Origin: Candidatus Limenecus sp.
GTDB lineage: Bacteria; Cyanobacteriota; Vampirovibrionia; Gastranaerophilales; Gastranaerophilaceae
NCBI GenBank assembly: GCA_048360435.1
Contig: DBGCOP010000025.1
Span: 8,101 to 72,100 of the forward strand
Reading direction: 5' to 3'
Length of the DNA stretch: 64,000 nucleotides
This document shows, in pieces, positions 46,375-55,427 of this stretch. Within the stretch, counting starts at the first letter, position 1. The number at the start of each line of letters is the position of its first letter. The position numbers were made by a program, and so were the translations under genes. The notes beneath the pieces are model-generated. The model saw only the letters and a program-made list of their open reading frames with translations, had not been told where the DNA came from and did not search any database.

Positions 46375-46644
46375 ATGGAAGATTCCATATTTTTAACACT
46401 TACACAAAACGTACTCATATTAATATTAATATTGTCCACACCGATTTTGATAGTCAGTATGGTTGTAGGGCTTTTAATCAGCGTATTTCAGGCAGTCACC
46501 CAGATTCAAGAAGCAACTCTGACCTTTGTGCCGAAGATTATTGCAGGGATTCTTACGCTGATAATTTTGCTTCCGTGGATGCTAAACATGTTCGTTTCAC
46601 GCACAACAGAGATGTTTGAATACGTTCAAACAATGATTAAATAA
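46375..46644 (+). CDS. fliQ: flagellar export apparatus protein FliQ
   Basis: 89 aa with 2 TM segments. Motif ...VFQAVTQIQEATLTFVPK.... Confidence 0.85.
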   Translation: MEDSIFLTLTQNVLILILILSTPILIVSMVVGLLISVFQAVTQIQEATLTFVPKIIAGILTLIILLPWMLNMFVSRTTEMFEYVQTMIK

Positions 46645-46659
46645 CGGGGTGAAAAGCGA

Positions 46660-47454
46660 GTGGAGCCGAATCTTCTGACAATGTTATCACCCGCAAATAT
46701 CGTTATTTTTGTGATAATTTTCACAAGAATAAGCGGTATGATTTTTTCAATGCCTTTGATTTCCACTTATCCAATCCCCGAACAGGTAAAAATCTGGCTT
46801 TGTGCACTCGTGGCTTTTATTTTGTTTCCCATGGTAGCGGCTTCTCCTGCCGCGGCGCATCTTGTTGTACCGCACAGCATACCGGAGCTTGGAATATACC
46901 TGTTTAGAGAGTTCGCAATAGGATATATAATCGGATTTATTGCAACTTTGATATTTACTGCCGTTCAAATCGGCGGTGAATTTGTGAGTATACAAATCGG
47001 AATCTCAATGAGCCAGGTGCTTGATCCGACAACAGGTGAAAGCACACAGGTTGTGTCTCAGATGTATTCTTATATCATGGCAATGGTCTTTATCGGACTT
47101 AATGCACATCAGTGGCTTTTTGCTTCGATTTACAAAAGTTTTCAAAGTTTTCCTCCGGGAATTGACTTTGTTTTTAATTCAGCAGTGGTTTCACAGGTTC
47201 TTCACCTCTCAGGACAAATGTTTTCTATCGGAATCAGCATGATTTTACCCATATTCTGTGTTATGTTTGTATCAGAAGTTCTAATGGGCTTTATGTCAAA
47301 AATGATGCCCCAGATGAACATATTCATGGTTGCTATACCTTTGAAGATATATGTGGGAATGATATTGCTTTTGATGTTCCTGTCACCGACTGTCAGCTAT
47401 CTTATTACGGTTACGGAAACCTACCTCAAAGGCATAATGGAGATATTTATCTAA
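46660..47454 (+). CDS. fliR: flagellar export apparatus protein FliR
   Basis: 264-aa polytopic protein in the canonical position. GTG start. Confidence 0.85.
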   Translation: MEPNLLTMLSPANIVIFVIIFTRISGMIFSMPLISTYPIPEQVKIWLCALVAFILFPMVAASPAAAHLVVPHSIPELGIYLFREFAIGYIIGFIATLIFTAVQIGGEFVSIQIGISMSQVLDPTTGESTQVVSQMYSYIMAMVFIGLNAHQWLFASIYKSFQSFPPGIDFVFNSAVVSQVLHLSGQMFSIGISMILPIFCVMFVSEVLMGFMSKMMPQMNIFMVAIPLKIYVGMILLLMFLSPTVSYLITVTETYLKGIMEIFI

Positions 47455-47466
47455 ACAGGAAAAATA

Positions 47467-48576
47467 ATGGCAGACGAAAGAACGGAAGAAGCGACCCCCA
47501 AGCGGCGGGAAGACGAGCGAAAAAAAGGGAATATATCAAAAAGTCAGGATTTGACATCTGCCTTGAGCATGATAACCGGTGTCGGACTTTTGTTCGTACT
47601 TTCTCCAATAATCATGGAAAAACTCCAGAACCTGCTTTATTACACCTGCACACACCTCAACCCCGATGAAATTCAGGTGGATGACATAATCGCACTTTTT
47701 GCACCTTATGCAAAAATCACAGGAGACATTCTGCTGCCTTTTATGCTCGGGCTTATGGTAGTAACGGCAATAGTCATAAGAATTCAGGTGGGCGCACTTT
47801 TTTCTCTTGAAAAAATAAAACCAAAAGGGGACAAACTCACACCTTCCGGCATAGTTCAGGGGTTGAAAAAAATGATGAATCCCTTTGAGCCCAAAAATAT
47901 GGTAGAAATAACAAAATCTTTCCTCAAAATGGGCATAGTAGGCTATGTGGGATTTTCAACCGTAATGGGAAGAAAAGACGAAATTCTCGGACTCCTTGGC
48001 GTGGATATTCCGACTGCGTTTGCTGTTCTTGCCAGCATACTGACACAAATGGTCATCAACATCTGCGTGGCTATGCTGATTATCGGCTTCATTGACAAAA
48101 AATATCAGGATTATGAATATAACAAATCCATAAAAATGACCAAACAAGAGATAAAAGACGAGTGGAAAAACATGGAAGGGGACCCGATTATCAAATCAAA
48201 AATCAAGTCCGCCCAGATGCAGTTCATGAAACAAAAAATGATGAGCGCAGTTCCAAATGCCGACGTGGTTGTCGCCAACCCGACCCACTTCTCTGTTGCA
48301 CTAAAATATGACAAATCAATTGCCCCTGCACCCGTCGTAGTGGCAAAAGGCGTGGACTATATGGCATTTAAAATCAGAGAAATAGCAAAAGCAAACAACG
48401 TCCCCATAGTTGAAAACAAACCGCTCGCACGCTCACTTTACAAACTGGTAAAAGTTGATCAGGCAATCCCGGCGGAGCTTTATGTAGCAGTTGCCGAGAT
48501 TCTTGCGTTTGTGTACGGCAAAAACGGCCCGCCGCAGGCACATATCCACAACCCCAACGCTCCTGTGCAAAAATAA
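47467..48576 (+). CDS. flhB: flagellar export switch protein FlhB
   Basis: N-terminus EEATPKRREDERKKGNISKSQDL and the autocleavage site NPTHFSVALKY. Confidence 0.93.
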   Translation: MADERTEEATPKRREDERKKGNISKSQDLTSALSMITGVGLLFVLSPIIMEKLQNLLYYTCTHLNPDEIQVDDIIALFAPYAKITGDILLPFMLGLMVVTAIVIRIQVGALFSLEKIKPKGDKLTPSGIVQGLKKMMNPFEPKNMVEITKSFLKMGIVGYVGFSTVMGRKDEILGLLGVDIPTAFAVLASILTQMVINICVAMLIIGFIDKKYQDYEYNKSIKMTKQEIKDEWKNMEGDPIIKSKIKSAQMQFMKQKMMSAVPNADVVVANPTHFSVALKYDKSIAPAPVVVAKGVDYMAFKIREIAKANNVPIVENKPLARSLYKLVKVDQAIPAELYVAVAEILAFVYGKNGPPQAHIHNPNAPVQK

Positions 48577-48595
48577 TTAATCTTTGTAAATATTC

Positions 48596-48625
48596 TGTGC
48601 TAAAACTCTGTCCTTTAGCTATAAT
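48596..48625 (+). promoter_or_regulatory. candidate promoter region (TGTGCTAAAAC and TATAAT)
   Basis: TGTGCTAAAAC (48596-48606) repeats the element seen at mfd. A perfect TATAAT is at 48620-48625, 30 nt before the ATG at 48656. Confidence 0.25.
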
Positions 48626-48655
48626 GAATAGGAATACTAGATTTGGATAAAGAAA

Positions 48656-49798
48656 ATGGCAGAAAAAAATAAAAAAGAAAAAATTAAAGTAGCCTTCCCT
48701 CATATGGGAAATATTTATGTTGCATGGGGCTCAGCTTTGAGAAGACTCGGCGTAGAACCTTATATTCCGCCTTATTCAAGTAAAAGAACCCTGTCTTTAG
48801 GCACAAAAAACAGCCCCGAGTCAATCTGTCTGCCATACAAACTTATCCTCGGAAACTTCATCGAAGCAATCGAAGGCGGAGCCGACTATGTGGCTATGAT
48901 TTCTTCACCGGGAATCTGCCGTCTTGGTGAATACGGAGCAGGTATCCAAAACACTCTTGAAGACATGGGCTATCATGCAAACTATGTCGAACTCCAGCTC
49001 TATGACGGAATCAAAGGAATGTTCAGATTCCTGACAGAATTAACAGGGGTAAAAAATCCGATAACAATTATCAGAGCAATTATCTTTGCATTCAGAAAAG
49101 TTTTTGCTGCTGACAGAATGGAGAACCTCCTCGCATACTATCGTGCAAGAGAAGTAAAAACAGGCTCCGCAGAACGCGCCTTCAAAAGCGGAATGAAACT
49201 TATCTATGAAGCAAACCACACAAAAGACCTAAAAAAAGCAGAAAAGCTAGCTGCTGCGGAAATGAAAAAAATTGAAATCGACCCCAACAGAGAGATTTTA
49301 TACGTAGATTTGACAGGTGAAATCTACATGGTTCAAGACCCGTTCTCAAACCAGAACATAGAAAGAGAACTGGGCAGAATGGGTGTCGAAACGAGAAGAA
49401 CACTGACAATTTCAAGTTTCTTAAAAGATGCAATTATTCCGAAAATGTTTGTAAAAGGAGAAACTCACCTCGAACGCGCAATCCGTCTTGCGAAACCTTA
49501 CCTCAGAAGAGACATAGGCGGTGATTCTCTTGAGTGCGTTTCTGATATTATTTTTGCAAATGAAAACGGAAAAGACGGAATCATTCACATCAGCCCGTTC
49601 ACATGTATGCCGGAAATTATGTCACAAAACTTCTTCCCTGCAATGAGAGAAAACTGTGATATTCCGATTTTGCCTCTTATCATGGACGAACAATCAGGAA
49701 AAGCCGGATATATCACACGTCTTGAGGCTTTTGTAGACCTTATGAGAAGACGCAAAAGAAGAAAAGAACAAAAACTCGCTGAACAAACAGCAAAATAA
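48656..49798 (+). CDS. acyl-CoA dehydratase activase-related protein (DUF2229/HGD-D-like), stand-alone
   Basis: The N-terminal KVAFPHMGNIY..ALRRLGVEP...PESICLPYKL and the C-terminal DGIIHISPFTCMPEI...DIPILPLIMDEQSGKAGYITRLEAFVDLM match the layout of that family. No BcrAD/BadFG-type ATPase is adjacent. Confidence 0.55.
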   Translation: MAEKNKKEKIKVAFPHMGNIYVAWGSALRRLGVEPYIPPYSSKRTLSLGTKNSPESICLPYKLILGNFIEAIEGGADYVAMISSPGICRLGEYGAGIQNTLEDMGYHANYVELQLYDGIKGMFRFLTELTGVKNPITIIRAIIFAFRKVFAADRMENLLAYYRAREVKTGSAERAFKSGMKLIYEANHTKDLKKAEKLAAAEMKKIEIDPNREILYVDLTGEIYMVQDPFSNQNIERELGRMGVETRRTLTISSFLKDAIIPKMFVKGETHLERAIRLAKPYLRRDIGGDSLECVSDIIFANENGKDGIIHISPFTCMPEIMSQNFFPAMRENCDIPILPLIMDEQSGKAGYITRLEAFVDLMRRRKRRKEQKLAEQTAK

Positions 49799-49829
49799 CC
49801 CCGAAAAATTTTACACCAAGGAGACATTA

Positions 49830-50363
49830 ATGAAAATTACATCTGTAAAAAATGCTCATATACCGAGCTTCAAAGCCCGTTTTGTTTACGACGATAATCT
49901 TGAAAAATTCGCAAAAAAACTGATTGATGCGGACAATGGAGACTTTGACGAACTTTTGATTGCACAAAAATCGCTCGAGGCAGAAGACTCTGATACAAAA
50001 TTGCATTTGAAAGAAGACGGAAACAGAGTCGTAGTCGAAATCGAAAACCCCGTAAAACGCCAATCAAAATCAATCTCGGCAGGAGTTGAAAAACATGATT
50101 TTTCATACAGACACGGAAGAAATCAGGCACTGTTCGGGCTTATGAAAATTGCAGACCCGTCATCCGCCGAAAGCAGACAGCTTTTCGGAAGATATGTTCC
50201 TGATGATGAAGCGCAGGAAAGATTGTGGCGTAGTGAAATTGCAGTAGACAAAGAAAAATCAAAAAACCCGTTCTGGCAAATGTCATGTGAAGAAGAAACA
50301 CCTGCTGTCAAAAGAGCAGCAAAACTTGCGTTTCTGGCTCTTGGATGCAGTGACTTCGATTAA
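49830..50363 (+). CDS. hypothetical protein (177 aa)
   Basis: ORF with the SD AAGGAGA 7 nt upstream. No family recognised. Confidence 0.5.
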   Translation: MKITSVKNAHIPSFKARFVYDDNLEKFAKKLIDADNGDFDELLIAQKSLEAEDSDTKLHLKEDGNRVVVEIENPVKRQSKSISAGVEKHDFSYRHGRNQALFGLMKIADPSSAESRQLFGRYVPDDEAQERLWRSEIAVDKEKSKNPFWQMSCEEETPAVKRAAKLAFLALGCSDFD

Positions 50364-50372
50364 AAACGTAAA

Positions 50373-50552
50373 TTAGAGCAAGCCTTTTTCTTCGATAAAT
50401 TTTATCATCAAAATTTCAAGATTTTGGGTAACTTTTCCGTTTGTTTGTGCACAGGCTGCTTTGAAAAGTTCCCACAATTCATTATTAAACATAAGCGTGA
50501 CTTTTCTGTCTTTGTTGTTGGTCAGCTTTATAATTTTCACGGCATTGCTCAT
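50373..50552 (-). CDS. ribbon-helix-helix (CopG/Arc/MetJ-like) protein, 59 aa; absent from the ORF track because it is under 60 aa
   Basis: My manual translation is MSNAVKIIKLTNNKDRKVTLMFNNELWELFKAACAQTNGKVTQNLEILMIKFIEEKGLL. The layout is beta strand (KVTLMF), helix, GK turn, helix. A TATAAT lies upstream on the minus strand. Confidence 0.5.
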   Translation of the reverse strand: MSNAVKIIKLTNNKDRKVTLMFNNELWELFKAACAQTNGKVTQNLEILMIKFIEEKGLL

Positions 50553-50595
50553 AATATAATAGTATTTTTTTTACACATTATAAACAACCAGACTG

Positions 50596-50657
50596 TTTAT
50601 ACATATTTTTATACATATAAAATTACGTATAAAAAAACAGGTATTTTGTATAAAAAA
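50596..50657. promoter_or_regulatory. operator-like repeat array in the divergent intergenic region
   Basis: TTTATACATAT occurs twice (50596-50606, 50608-50618) and GTATAAAAAA twice (50627-50636, 50648-50657, 21-nt period). The TATAC and GTATA cores are reverse complements of each other. Confidence 0.35.
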
Positions 50658-50676
50658 TTCTTTCTATAATTTAAAA

Positions 50677-50967
50677 ATGAAAGAAAAACCAGTCATAATA
50701 ATAGACTTCGACACAGCAATATACAAAAACAACAAAGGCAGGTTCTACCGAACAAAAAACGACACCTCAGAAATTCCCAAAGTGAACAAAAAACTCAAAC
50801 TCCTCTTTGATTCGCTCAAACAAAATTTCAAAGTTGTTCTCTGTTCAAAAAAAAATATGCACACAGCAGTACGCTGGATTGAAAAGAACAAACTCCATAA
50901 ACACTGCCTCTATATGTTAAGATGTGACAAAAAACTGAGACACACTTTTTTTATCAACAAATTTTAA
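50677..50967 (+). CDS. hypothetical basic protein (96 aa), possibly translated from a leaderless mRNA
   Basis: TATAAT (50665-50670) ends 6 nt before the ATG and there is no SD. The N-terminal VIIIDFDTAI is only loosely HAD-like. This could be a gene remnant. Confidence 0.35.
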   Translation: MKEKPVIIIDFDTAIYKNNKGRFYRTKNDTSEIPKVNKKLKLLFDSLKQNFKVVLCSKKNMHTAVRWIEKNKLHKHCLYMLRCDKKLRHTFFINKF

Positions 50968-51070
50968 ATCACACATGTTTTTGTTAAGATTTATAAAACA
51001 TGATGTGTCAGGGTGTTAATTTTTAATCTTGCCGGAACTTTAAGAAAACAAGGAAGTGTTTCAAGGGTCT

Positions 51071-53995
51071 ATGAAATTAAGTATTCTTAATTTACAAAAC
51101 AATTTTAATAAAGTGCCTGTGCATAAGAACTTTGCCGCACAAAATCCAATCTCTCAGACGGCACCGACACAGATGAAAGTTCACGATGCTGAACCGGATA
51201 TCTCAAGTGCTGCTTCACAAACAAACGGAACAAGCGCGGCTGAGGCTCTCAAAGCCCAAAATCTTGCACAGGCGCCTATGCCATACAAATATATAGGCGA
51301 AATAGAGCTTCCTTTCAGTGAAAATGCAAAATTCTACAAAATGGCAAACGGTCAAAAAGTCGTTCTCCTGAACAAAAAAGGCCCGACAGTTCTGAAATCC
51401 TACTTTAACGTAGGCTCAATGAACGAACCTGATGACAAAAGAGGAATAAGCCACTTTAACGAGCACATGGCGTTCAATGGAACCACAGACGGGCTGAGCG
51501 CAGGTGAATTCTTCAAAATTGTAAACAACATGGGTGCTATGACAAACGCCTCAACAGGCTTCTCTCAAACAGACTACTACATCTCATCACAGCTTTTGAA
51601 CGATAAAGACTGGGAAACTTCTGTTTCTATCCAGTCGAAAATGCTCCAGTCACCTGCTCATACACCTGAAATGGTGGAAAAAGAAAAAGGCCCCGTAACC
51701 TCTGAAATCAGCATGGTCGGCGACAGACCCGAAAATACGGCAATGAACAGCTGTATCAAAAATCTCTTCCAAATCAAAACAACTTCCCCTGACCTTGTTG
51801 CAGGCTCCGTTGCAAACATCAACAGGCTGACAAATAAAGATACCCTTGACTATTACAACCTCTGGTACACTCCGGACAACTGCACAACCGTTGTTACAGG
51901 CGAAGTGGACGAAAAAACAGCAATAGACACAATCGCAAAGTATTTCAACAAGTTCAAATCAGTTCCTGTCGAAAACAGAAAATATGAAGAATTCAAACCG
52001 ATTCAAACCCCTGTGCGCACAGATTTAAGAATGCCAAAAGCGCAAGCCAGCACAATCGTAATGGGATTTTCAGGACCCCAAAACAGCAACGCAAAAGAAA
52101 TGATTATGCTTGAATTGTTACTGGCATCAATGCTTGGCTATAAAGGTGCAAGAATCAGCAAATCATTAAACAAAGAACAATCAGGCGCATCAATGAACAT
52201 TGAAAGGGTCGGAAACAGACCGCAAGACCCAAAAGCCATTATCATTGCAGCACAGACTTCGCCTGAAAAAACAGAAAAAGTAATCAAAACAATCTATGAC
52301 GAAATCAACAAACTCGCCTACAAACCGCTCACTCAAGAAGAACTGGACATCAGCAAAAAATATCTGAAAATGACCTACTCTCAGATTTCAGAAAATTCAC
52401 AGCTGCTCAACAGCCTGATAGGCAATGCACTGCTTGATGAGAACCTCGATTACATAGAAAAATACATACCTATTCTGGAAAACATCACACCACAGGACAT
52501 TTCAGAGTTTGCAAAAAAATATCTCGACCTCAACAAAGTTTCACTCTCTGTTGTTCATCCCGATTCCGTCAGCAATTCCGACCTGATGAATAACTATCTG
52601 AAAACGAATCAGGGCTTCTCTCAAAATATGCCTGTTCAAGGTGTTGCCCACAAGACACCGGCACTGACATCTTTTAAAGGCAGAATCGAAGACAAAACCT
52701 TTGACACGGAAAAAATCAAACAATACAAGCTCGCAAACAACATGGAGGTTGTTTTAAACCCCAACACCTCTGACATTGCCTGCTCAAACATTACGCTTGA
52801 AGCAAAAGGTCCGGCAAATGTAAAACCGGCAGTTCCTTTGATTCTGTCAGTAATTCTGACAGAAGGTTCAAAAAACAAAAACTACGACTTGTTTTACGAC
52901 AAAATTCACAAAGCAGGAATGAACCTCAATTTTTCAGCAGGTTTTTCAAGTATATCCGCCTCAAGCCAGTCGCTCTCTCAAGACCTCGACACTGCACTTG
53001 ACTCAATTAAAGAAGTTTTCACAGAACCCAGAATGACACCCGAAAGCTTCAATTTCGCAAAAAAACTCGTCAAAGAGTCTCTTTTGAACACTGAAACAAG
53101 CGCAATGGATTTGTCTTTGGAAAAACTCTTCCCGAACAGACCGCAGACAGCTTCAAGAGAAGAAGCATTAAAGTCGATTGACAGTATAACTCTTGAGGAA
53201 GTAAAAGGATTGTTTGAATACATAAAAAACAACTCTATGGCAAAAGCAGTTGTTACTGCACCGTTTGAAAAAAATCAGGAAATCGAAAAATCCGTTTTGA
53301 ATAAACTCTCAATCGGATTAAACACATTCAAGCCTTTTCAAATAGGTTATTTCCCCCTTTATTCAGACCTTGAAAAAGACAAAGTCATAACAAAATCTCT
53401 GCCCGTAAAACAGGCTGATATTGTTCATGCTTTTAAATTCAAAACAAACCACAACCCCAAAGATCATATGACTTTTTATCTTCTAAACACAATCCTCGGC
53501 GACGGGCCGTATTCAAGACTCTTCAACGACCTTAGAGAAAAACAAAAGCTCGCCTACCGTGTTGAATCTGACCTTGATTTTATGGGAGATTCCGGAATAA
53601 TCGCGCTCGGCATAAAAACCACAACAGATGACAAAGAAGCAAATGACATAAAATATGACAACGTTGAAAAGTCTTTGAACGGCTTCAAAAACCATATACA
53701 AAAGATTATGAATGAAAAAGTTTCTCAAGAAGAACTCAACGGTGCAAAATTGAGAATGAAAACAAAACTCCTGAACTCGATTGAGTCCTCTGCATCACAA
53801 ACAGCCGTGCTCAGCGATTCAAAAGAAAGTATCTACGGAGTCAAAGCAACCGAAGAAAAACTCAGACTCATTGACTCAATCACGCCCGATGACATTCAAA
53901 ACGCAGCAAAATATATCTTCTCAAAACCTTCGGTAACAACTGTCATCGCCAGTGAAGATACATTAAAAAATTCTGTTATAAAACCGACAGACTAG
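51071..53995 (+). CDS. M16-family zinc peptidase, tandem two-unit (PqqL-like) architecture
   Basis: An HxxEH zinc motif (GISHFNEHMAFNG) is present in the first unit only. The second unit starts near residue 530. I prefer the ATG at 51071 to the GTG at 51056. Confidence 0.85.
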   Translation: MKLSILNLQNNFNKVPVHKNFAAQNPISQTAPTQMKVHDAEPDISSAASQTNGTSAAEALKAQNLAQAPMPYKYIGEIELPFSENAKFYKMANGQKVVLLNKKGPTVLKSYFNVGSMNEPDDKRGISHFNEHMAFNGTTDGLSAGEFFKIVNNMGAMTNASTGFSQTDYYISSQLLNDKDWETSVSIQSKMLQSPAHTPEMVEKEKGPVTSEISMVGDRPENTAMNSCIKNLFQIKTTSPDLVAGSVANINRLTNKDTLDYYNLWYTPDNCTTVVTGEVDEKTAIDTIAKYFNKFKSVPVENRKYEEFKPIQTPVRTDLRMPKAQASTIVMGFSGPQNSNAKEMIMLELLLASMLGYKGARISKSLNKEQSGASMNIERVGNRPQDPKAIIIAAQTSPEKTEKVIKTIYDEINKLAYKPLTQEELDISKKYLKMTYSQISENSQLLNSLIGNALLDENLDYIEKYIPILENITPQDISEFAKKYLDLNKVSLSVVHPDSVSNSDLMNNYLKTNQGFSQNMPVQGVAHKTPALTSFKGRIEDKTFDTEKIKQYKLANNMEVVLNPNTSDIACSNITLEAKGPANVKPAVPLILSVILTEGSKNKNYDLFYDKIHKAGMNLNFSAGFSSISASSQSLSQDLDTALDSIKEVFTEPRMTPESFNFAKKLVKESLLNTETSAMDLSLEKLFPNRPQTASREEALKSIDSITLEEVKGLFEYIKNNSMAKAVVTAPFEKNQEIEKSVLNKLSIGLNTFKPFQIGYFPLYSDLEKDKVITKSLPVKQADIVHAFKFKTNHNPKDHMTFYLLNTILGDGPYSRLFNDLREKQKLAYRVESDLDFMGDSGIIALGIKTTTDDKEANDIKYDNVEKSLNGFKNHIQKIMNEKVSQEELNGAKLRMKTKLLNSIESSASQTAVLSDSKESIYGVKATEEKLRLIDSITPDDIQNAAKYIFSKPSVTTVIASEDTLKNSVIKPTD

Positions 53996-53996
53996 T

Positions 53997-54392
53997 TTAG
54001 TTTTCATATTGAGAATATTCTTTTGACTCTTCTTCCCACTCTTCTCTTTCAACCTTGTGGGCGTGAGACCAGAATTTTTCAATTGCATACATTTCACGTT
54101 CTTCTCTGTGAAGAATATGCACGATTACATCACCGTAATCAAGAAGATTCCATCTGTTTTTCAGGTCATTTTCTTCACCTGCCGGCAATCTGTCAAAGAG
54201 GTGTTTGATTCTGTCTCTGACATAACCTGTGAGTGCTTTTACCTGTGTATTTGTGTCAGCAGAACAGATTACAAAATAATCCGCAAGTACAGACACGTTG
54301 CTTATATTCAAAATTGTAATATCTTTCGCAAGTTTGTCATCAAGAATTCTCGCTGCAATGCTTGCCAGTTTATATGAACTTATTTCAGCCAA
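53997..54392 (-). CDS. rsfS: ribosome silencing factor
   Basis: Motifs DITILNISNVSVLADYFVICSADTNTQVKAL and WNLLDYGDVIVHILHREEREMYAIEKFW. TTG is the only plausible start. Confidence 0.85.
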   Translation of the reverse strand: MAEISSYKLASIAARILDDKLAKDITILNISNVSVLADYFVICSADTNTQVKALTGYVRDRIKHLFDRLPAGEENDLKNRWNLLDYGDVIVHILHREEREMYAIEKFWSHAHKVEREEWEEESKEYSQYEN

Positions 54393-54434
54393 TTTCTTTC
54401 CCTTTTTCCTTTTTCCTTTTTCTTTTTTCTTTTT
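54393..54434. repeat. 42-nt pure polypyrimidine (plus strand) / polypurine (minus strand) tract with CTTTTTC-type periodicity
   Basis: The sequence is TTTCTTTCCCTTTTTCCTTTTTCCTTTTTCTTTTTTCTTTTT, immediately 5' of the rsfS start codon. Confidence 0.9.
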
Positions 54435-54464
54435 AGACTCTATTTATTCTATCATGAAAAAATT

Positions 54465-55325
54465 TCATTCCGCTTTTTCAATATGCAAAGTTCTTTGAGG
54501 GAAAGGAATTTCAATTCCGAGTTCATCAAATTTCTTCTTTATTTCTTTGTTGAAAGCTCTTCCGACATACCACTGTTTTATCGGGTTTGTGCGGTATCTT
54601 GCACGAATTACAACAGCAGAATCTCCGAACTCTTCAAGCCCCAGAATCTCAAGAGGAGCAAGAATCTCGTCTTTGTAAGGCGAGTTTTCTCTAAAATCTT
54701 TATCCAGCTGCTCCAGTACGCCGATTACATTATCCACATCCTCTTTGTAAGCAACACCTATGTCAAATACATAATAAGAATATTCTCTGGAATAATTTGT
54801 AACTATATCAATCATACCGTTTCTTATGTAATGAACCCTGCCTTGAAGGTCACGAAGCTGAACAAGCTTTATATCAGCTTTTTCAACAACACCCTTATGA
54901 CCTGAAATTTCGACAAAATCACCGACTCTTACCTGCCCTTCAAGAAGAAGAGAAAATCCCGTGATTATGTCAGAGAAGAATCTCTGTGCACCAAACCCGA
55001 CAGCAACACCGACAACGCCTGCCGCCGTAAGTATAGGTCTTATATCAATACCCAGATTGTTCAGGATAAACATTATTGCAAAAGCAATTATTATTGTGTC
55101 TGTTATTGATTTTATAATTGACTTCAAAGTTGCCAGCTGTTTTCTGAATTCATAATCATCTTTGTACCTGCACAATCTATCCAAAAGCCTTTCAATAAAA
55201 GCATTTGCAATTCTTATAACAATAAGAAAGAATAAAACATGCAAAAGTGTGACAAAAAACTTGTTGTGCAAAAAATCAGGAAGAAGATGTATAAGAAAAT
55301 TCGATTTTTCAATTATTTCAAACAT
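54465..55325 (-). CDS. mscS: mechanosensitive ion channel (MscS family)
   Basis: Pore helix and beta domain: GVVGVAVGFGAQRFFSDIITGFSLLLEGQVRVGDFVEI. Confidence 0.85.
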   Translation of the reverse strand: MFEIIEKSNFLIHLLPDFLHNKFFVTLLHVLFFLIVIRIANAFIERLLDRLCRYKDDYEFRKQLATLKSIIKSITDTIIIAFAIMFILNNLGIDIRPILTAAGVVGVAVGFGAQRFFSDIITGFSLLLEGQVRVGDFVEISGHKGVVEKADIKLVQLRDLQGRVHYIRNGMIDIVTNYSREYSYYVFDIGVAYKEDVDNVIGVLEQLDKDFRENSPYKDEILAPLEILGLEEFGDSAVVIRARYRTNPIKQWYVGRAFNKEIKKKFDELGIEIPFPQRTLHIEKAE

Positions 55326-55427
55326 AAAAAACTCCTTTTGTCTTTATTAATCTTATTAGATAAATACTAAAATACAACTCACCATATTTGTTATATAATT
55401 AAATAGAAATCAGGATAAGGAACTAAA

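Noticed and set aside
48542-48550. The DnaA-box-like 9-mer ATATCCACA.
   Set aside because: It is a single copy inside the flhB coding sequence, not part of a cluster and not near dnaA.
50373-50967. Interpreting the RHH gene as the antitoxin of a toxin-antitoxin pair.
   Set aside because: No co-directional partner gene is present. The downstream neighbour is convergent and the 96-aa ORF is divergent, with no recognisable toxin fold (PIN, RelE, MazF, etc.).
50968-51055. An imperfect inverted repeat (CACACATGTTTT ... AAAACATGATGTGTC) after the 96-aa ORF, considered as a terminator.
   Set aside because: The stem is AT-rich with a 2-nt bulge and has no clean T-tract. It is plausible but too weak to annotate.
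22989-53995. A shared short motif (S/N)FK(G/A) near the N-termini of otherwise unrelated proteins (NQSFKGYDA in the deiminase-like protein, IPSFKARF in the 177-aa protein, TSFKGRI at the start of the second M16 unit), considered as a possible sorting signal.
   Set aside because: SFK tripeptides are frequent in this Lys/Phe-rich proteome. The same motif occurs in MlaF (KSFKGK), MlaD and FliP, where it has ordinary explanations. A 4-residue match is not statistically convincing without a genome-wide count.
55326-55427. A T-box leader upstream of trpS.
   Set aside because: The intergenic region is only 102 nt and shows no specifier-loop or T-box (AGGGUGGUACCGCG-like) sequence.
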